Origin: Candidatus Thalassarchaeaceae archaeon | GTDB lineage: Archaea > Thermoplasmatota > Poseidoniia > Poseidoniales > Poseidoniaceae | DNA length: 32,980 nt | Assembly: GCA_963577015.1 (NCBI GenBank) | Contig: CAUYXQ010000001.1 | Location: forward strand, 1 to 32,980 | Direction: 5' to 3' | Shown here: positions 32,667-32,980 of the stretch, piece by piece | How positions within the stretch are numbered: the stretch's first letter is position 1 | Layout: each line of letters starts with the position of its first letter | Made by a program: the position numbers and the translations under genes | Notes under the pieces: generated by a model | Databases searched by the model: none | What the model was told of the DNA's origin: nothing | The model's input: only the letters and a program-made list of their open reading frames with translations

Positions 32667-32980
32667 AACTGCCATCGGGTTGTTGGGTCCAAATCCGGCC
32701 ATCAGGAGCAAAATAGCGCGTCCCCATGCTGTAATCATAACTTCCTCCAGCCGGCAATTGTTCGTAAGATTGTACATAATTAGATTGAGCCATTTGCTGC
32801 GGTGGCTGCATTGCGCTCTGCTGCATCACCGGTTGGCTCATCATCGTCTGTTGAGGTTGAACTGAACCCATCATCGGTTGTTGCATCACCGGTTGGCTCA
32901 TCATCGTCTGTTGAGGTTGAACTGAACCCATCATCGGTTGAGCCACCATCGCTGGAGCCAAATGGATTATCTGCTGACCA
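32656..32980 (-). CDS. Q/M/P-rich low-complexity protein with a structured-looking C-terminal motif; the N-terminus probably lies beyond the right window edge (partial)
   Basis: The frame stays open upstream of the track's TTG at 32961, to base 32979 (GQQIIH...). It contains two copies of QPMMGSVQPQQTMMSQPVMQ. The C-terminus is LPAGGSYDYSMGTRYFAPDGRIWTQQPDGSFRC. The 3' end overlaps the receiver gene by 11 nt. Confidence 0.6.
   Translation of the reverse strand, partial: GQQIIHLAPAMVAQPMMGSVQPQQTMMSQPVMQQPMMGSVQPQQTMMSQPVMQQSAMQPPQQMAQSNYVQSYEQLPAGGSYDYSMGTRYFAPDGRIWTQQPDGSFRC
32821..32940 (-). repeat. Two tandem 60-bp direct repeats (59/60 identical), in frame, encoding a duplicated 20-aa Q/M/P-rich unit
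   Basis: Bases 32821-32880 and 32881-32940 are identical except the first base (c vs t), read directly from the sequence lines. Confidence 0.95.

Noticed and set aside
1-32980. Search for tRNA/rRNA genes, CRISPR arrays, IS elements or integrases, toxin-antitoxin pairs and prophage remnants
   Set aside because: Non-coding gaps total only a few hundred bp and the longest is 125 bp. I saw no cloverleaf-capable segments, no regularly spaced direct repeats, no terminal inverted repeats and no transposase or integrase-like ORFs. I cannot exclude small ncRNAs embedded in coding regions.

Overview
This window is compact and almost fully coding. I support 22 CDS. I found no rRNA or tRNA genes, no CRISPR array and no transposase or integrase. 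All domain calls come from by-eye motif recognition; no database search was run.

The segment looks archaeal, probably from a streamlined marine planktonic euryarchaeon (Marine Group II/Poseidoniales-like). That is an inference from four things: a Taw2/TYW2-type tRNA enzyme, stand-alone RAM-domain proteins, AT-rich TATA-like boxes about 25 nt upstream of first-gene start codons with GGTGA-type Shine-Dalgarno sites only before internal genes, and many giant acidic surface proteins.

Bases 1-20302 form a cell-surface island:
- An edge-truncated FG-GAP (integrin-alpha-like) propeller protein that is missing from the ORF track.
- A co-directional array of GT4 glycosyltransferase, BNR/Asp-box propeller, an 18-motif thrombospondin-type-3 Ca-binding protein, an Ig/PKD-like anchored protein and a DUF4105-like protein.
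- A divergent GT2.
- A second array of a 1531-aa beta-helix plus Ig-like giant, a 912-aa acidic orphan and a sequon-rich membrane protein.

Bases 20.4-33 kb carry:
- Two tandem stand-alone RAM (Lrp/AsnC ligand-domain) proteins.
- A wHTH + NB-ARC-type STAND NTPase + helical-repeat protein, divergent from uvrC.
- A 1033-aa orphan surface protein.
- A Taw2/Trm5-class methyltransferase-fold enzyme.
- A membrane-anchored extracytoplasmic cyclophilin and a small 4-TM protein.
- A TM-anchored S15 (CocE/NonD) peptidase and an orphan receiver domain.
- A Q/M/P-rich repeat protein containing a near-perfect 60-bp tandem duplication.

The most interesting items are the STAND regulator locus, the eukaryote-like adhesion gene set, a possible archaeosortase-type C-terminal signal, a motif block shared by the two orphan giants, WW-like C-terminal motifs, and stop-to-stop packing of convergent genes.
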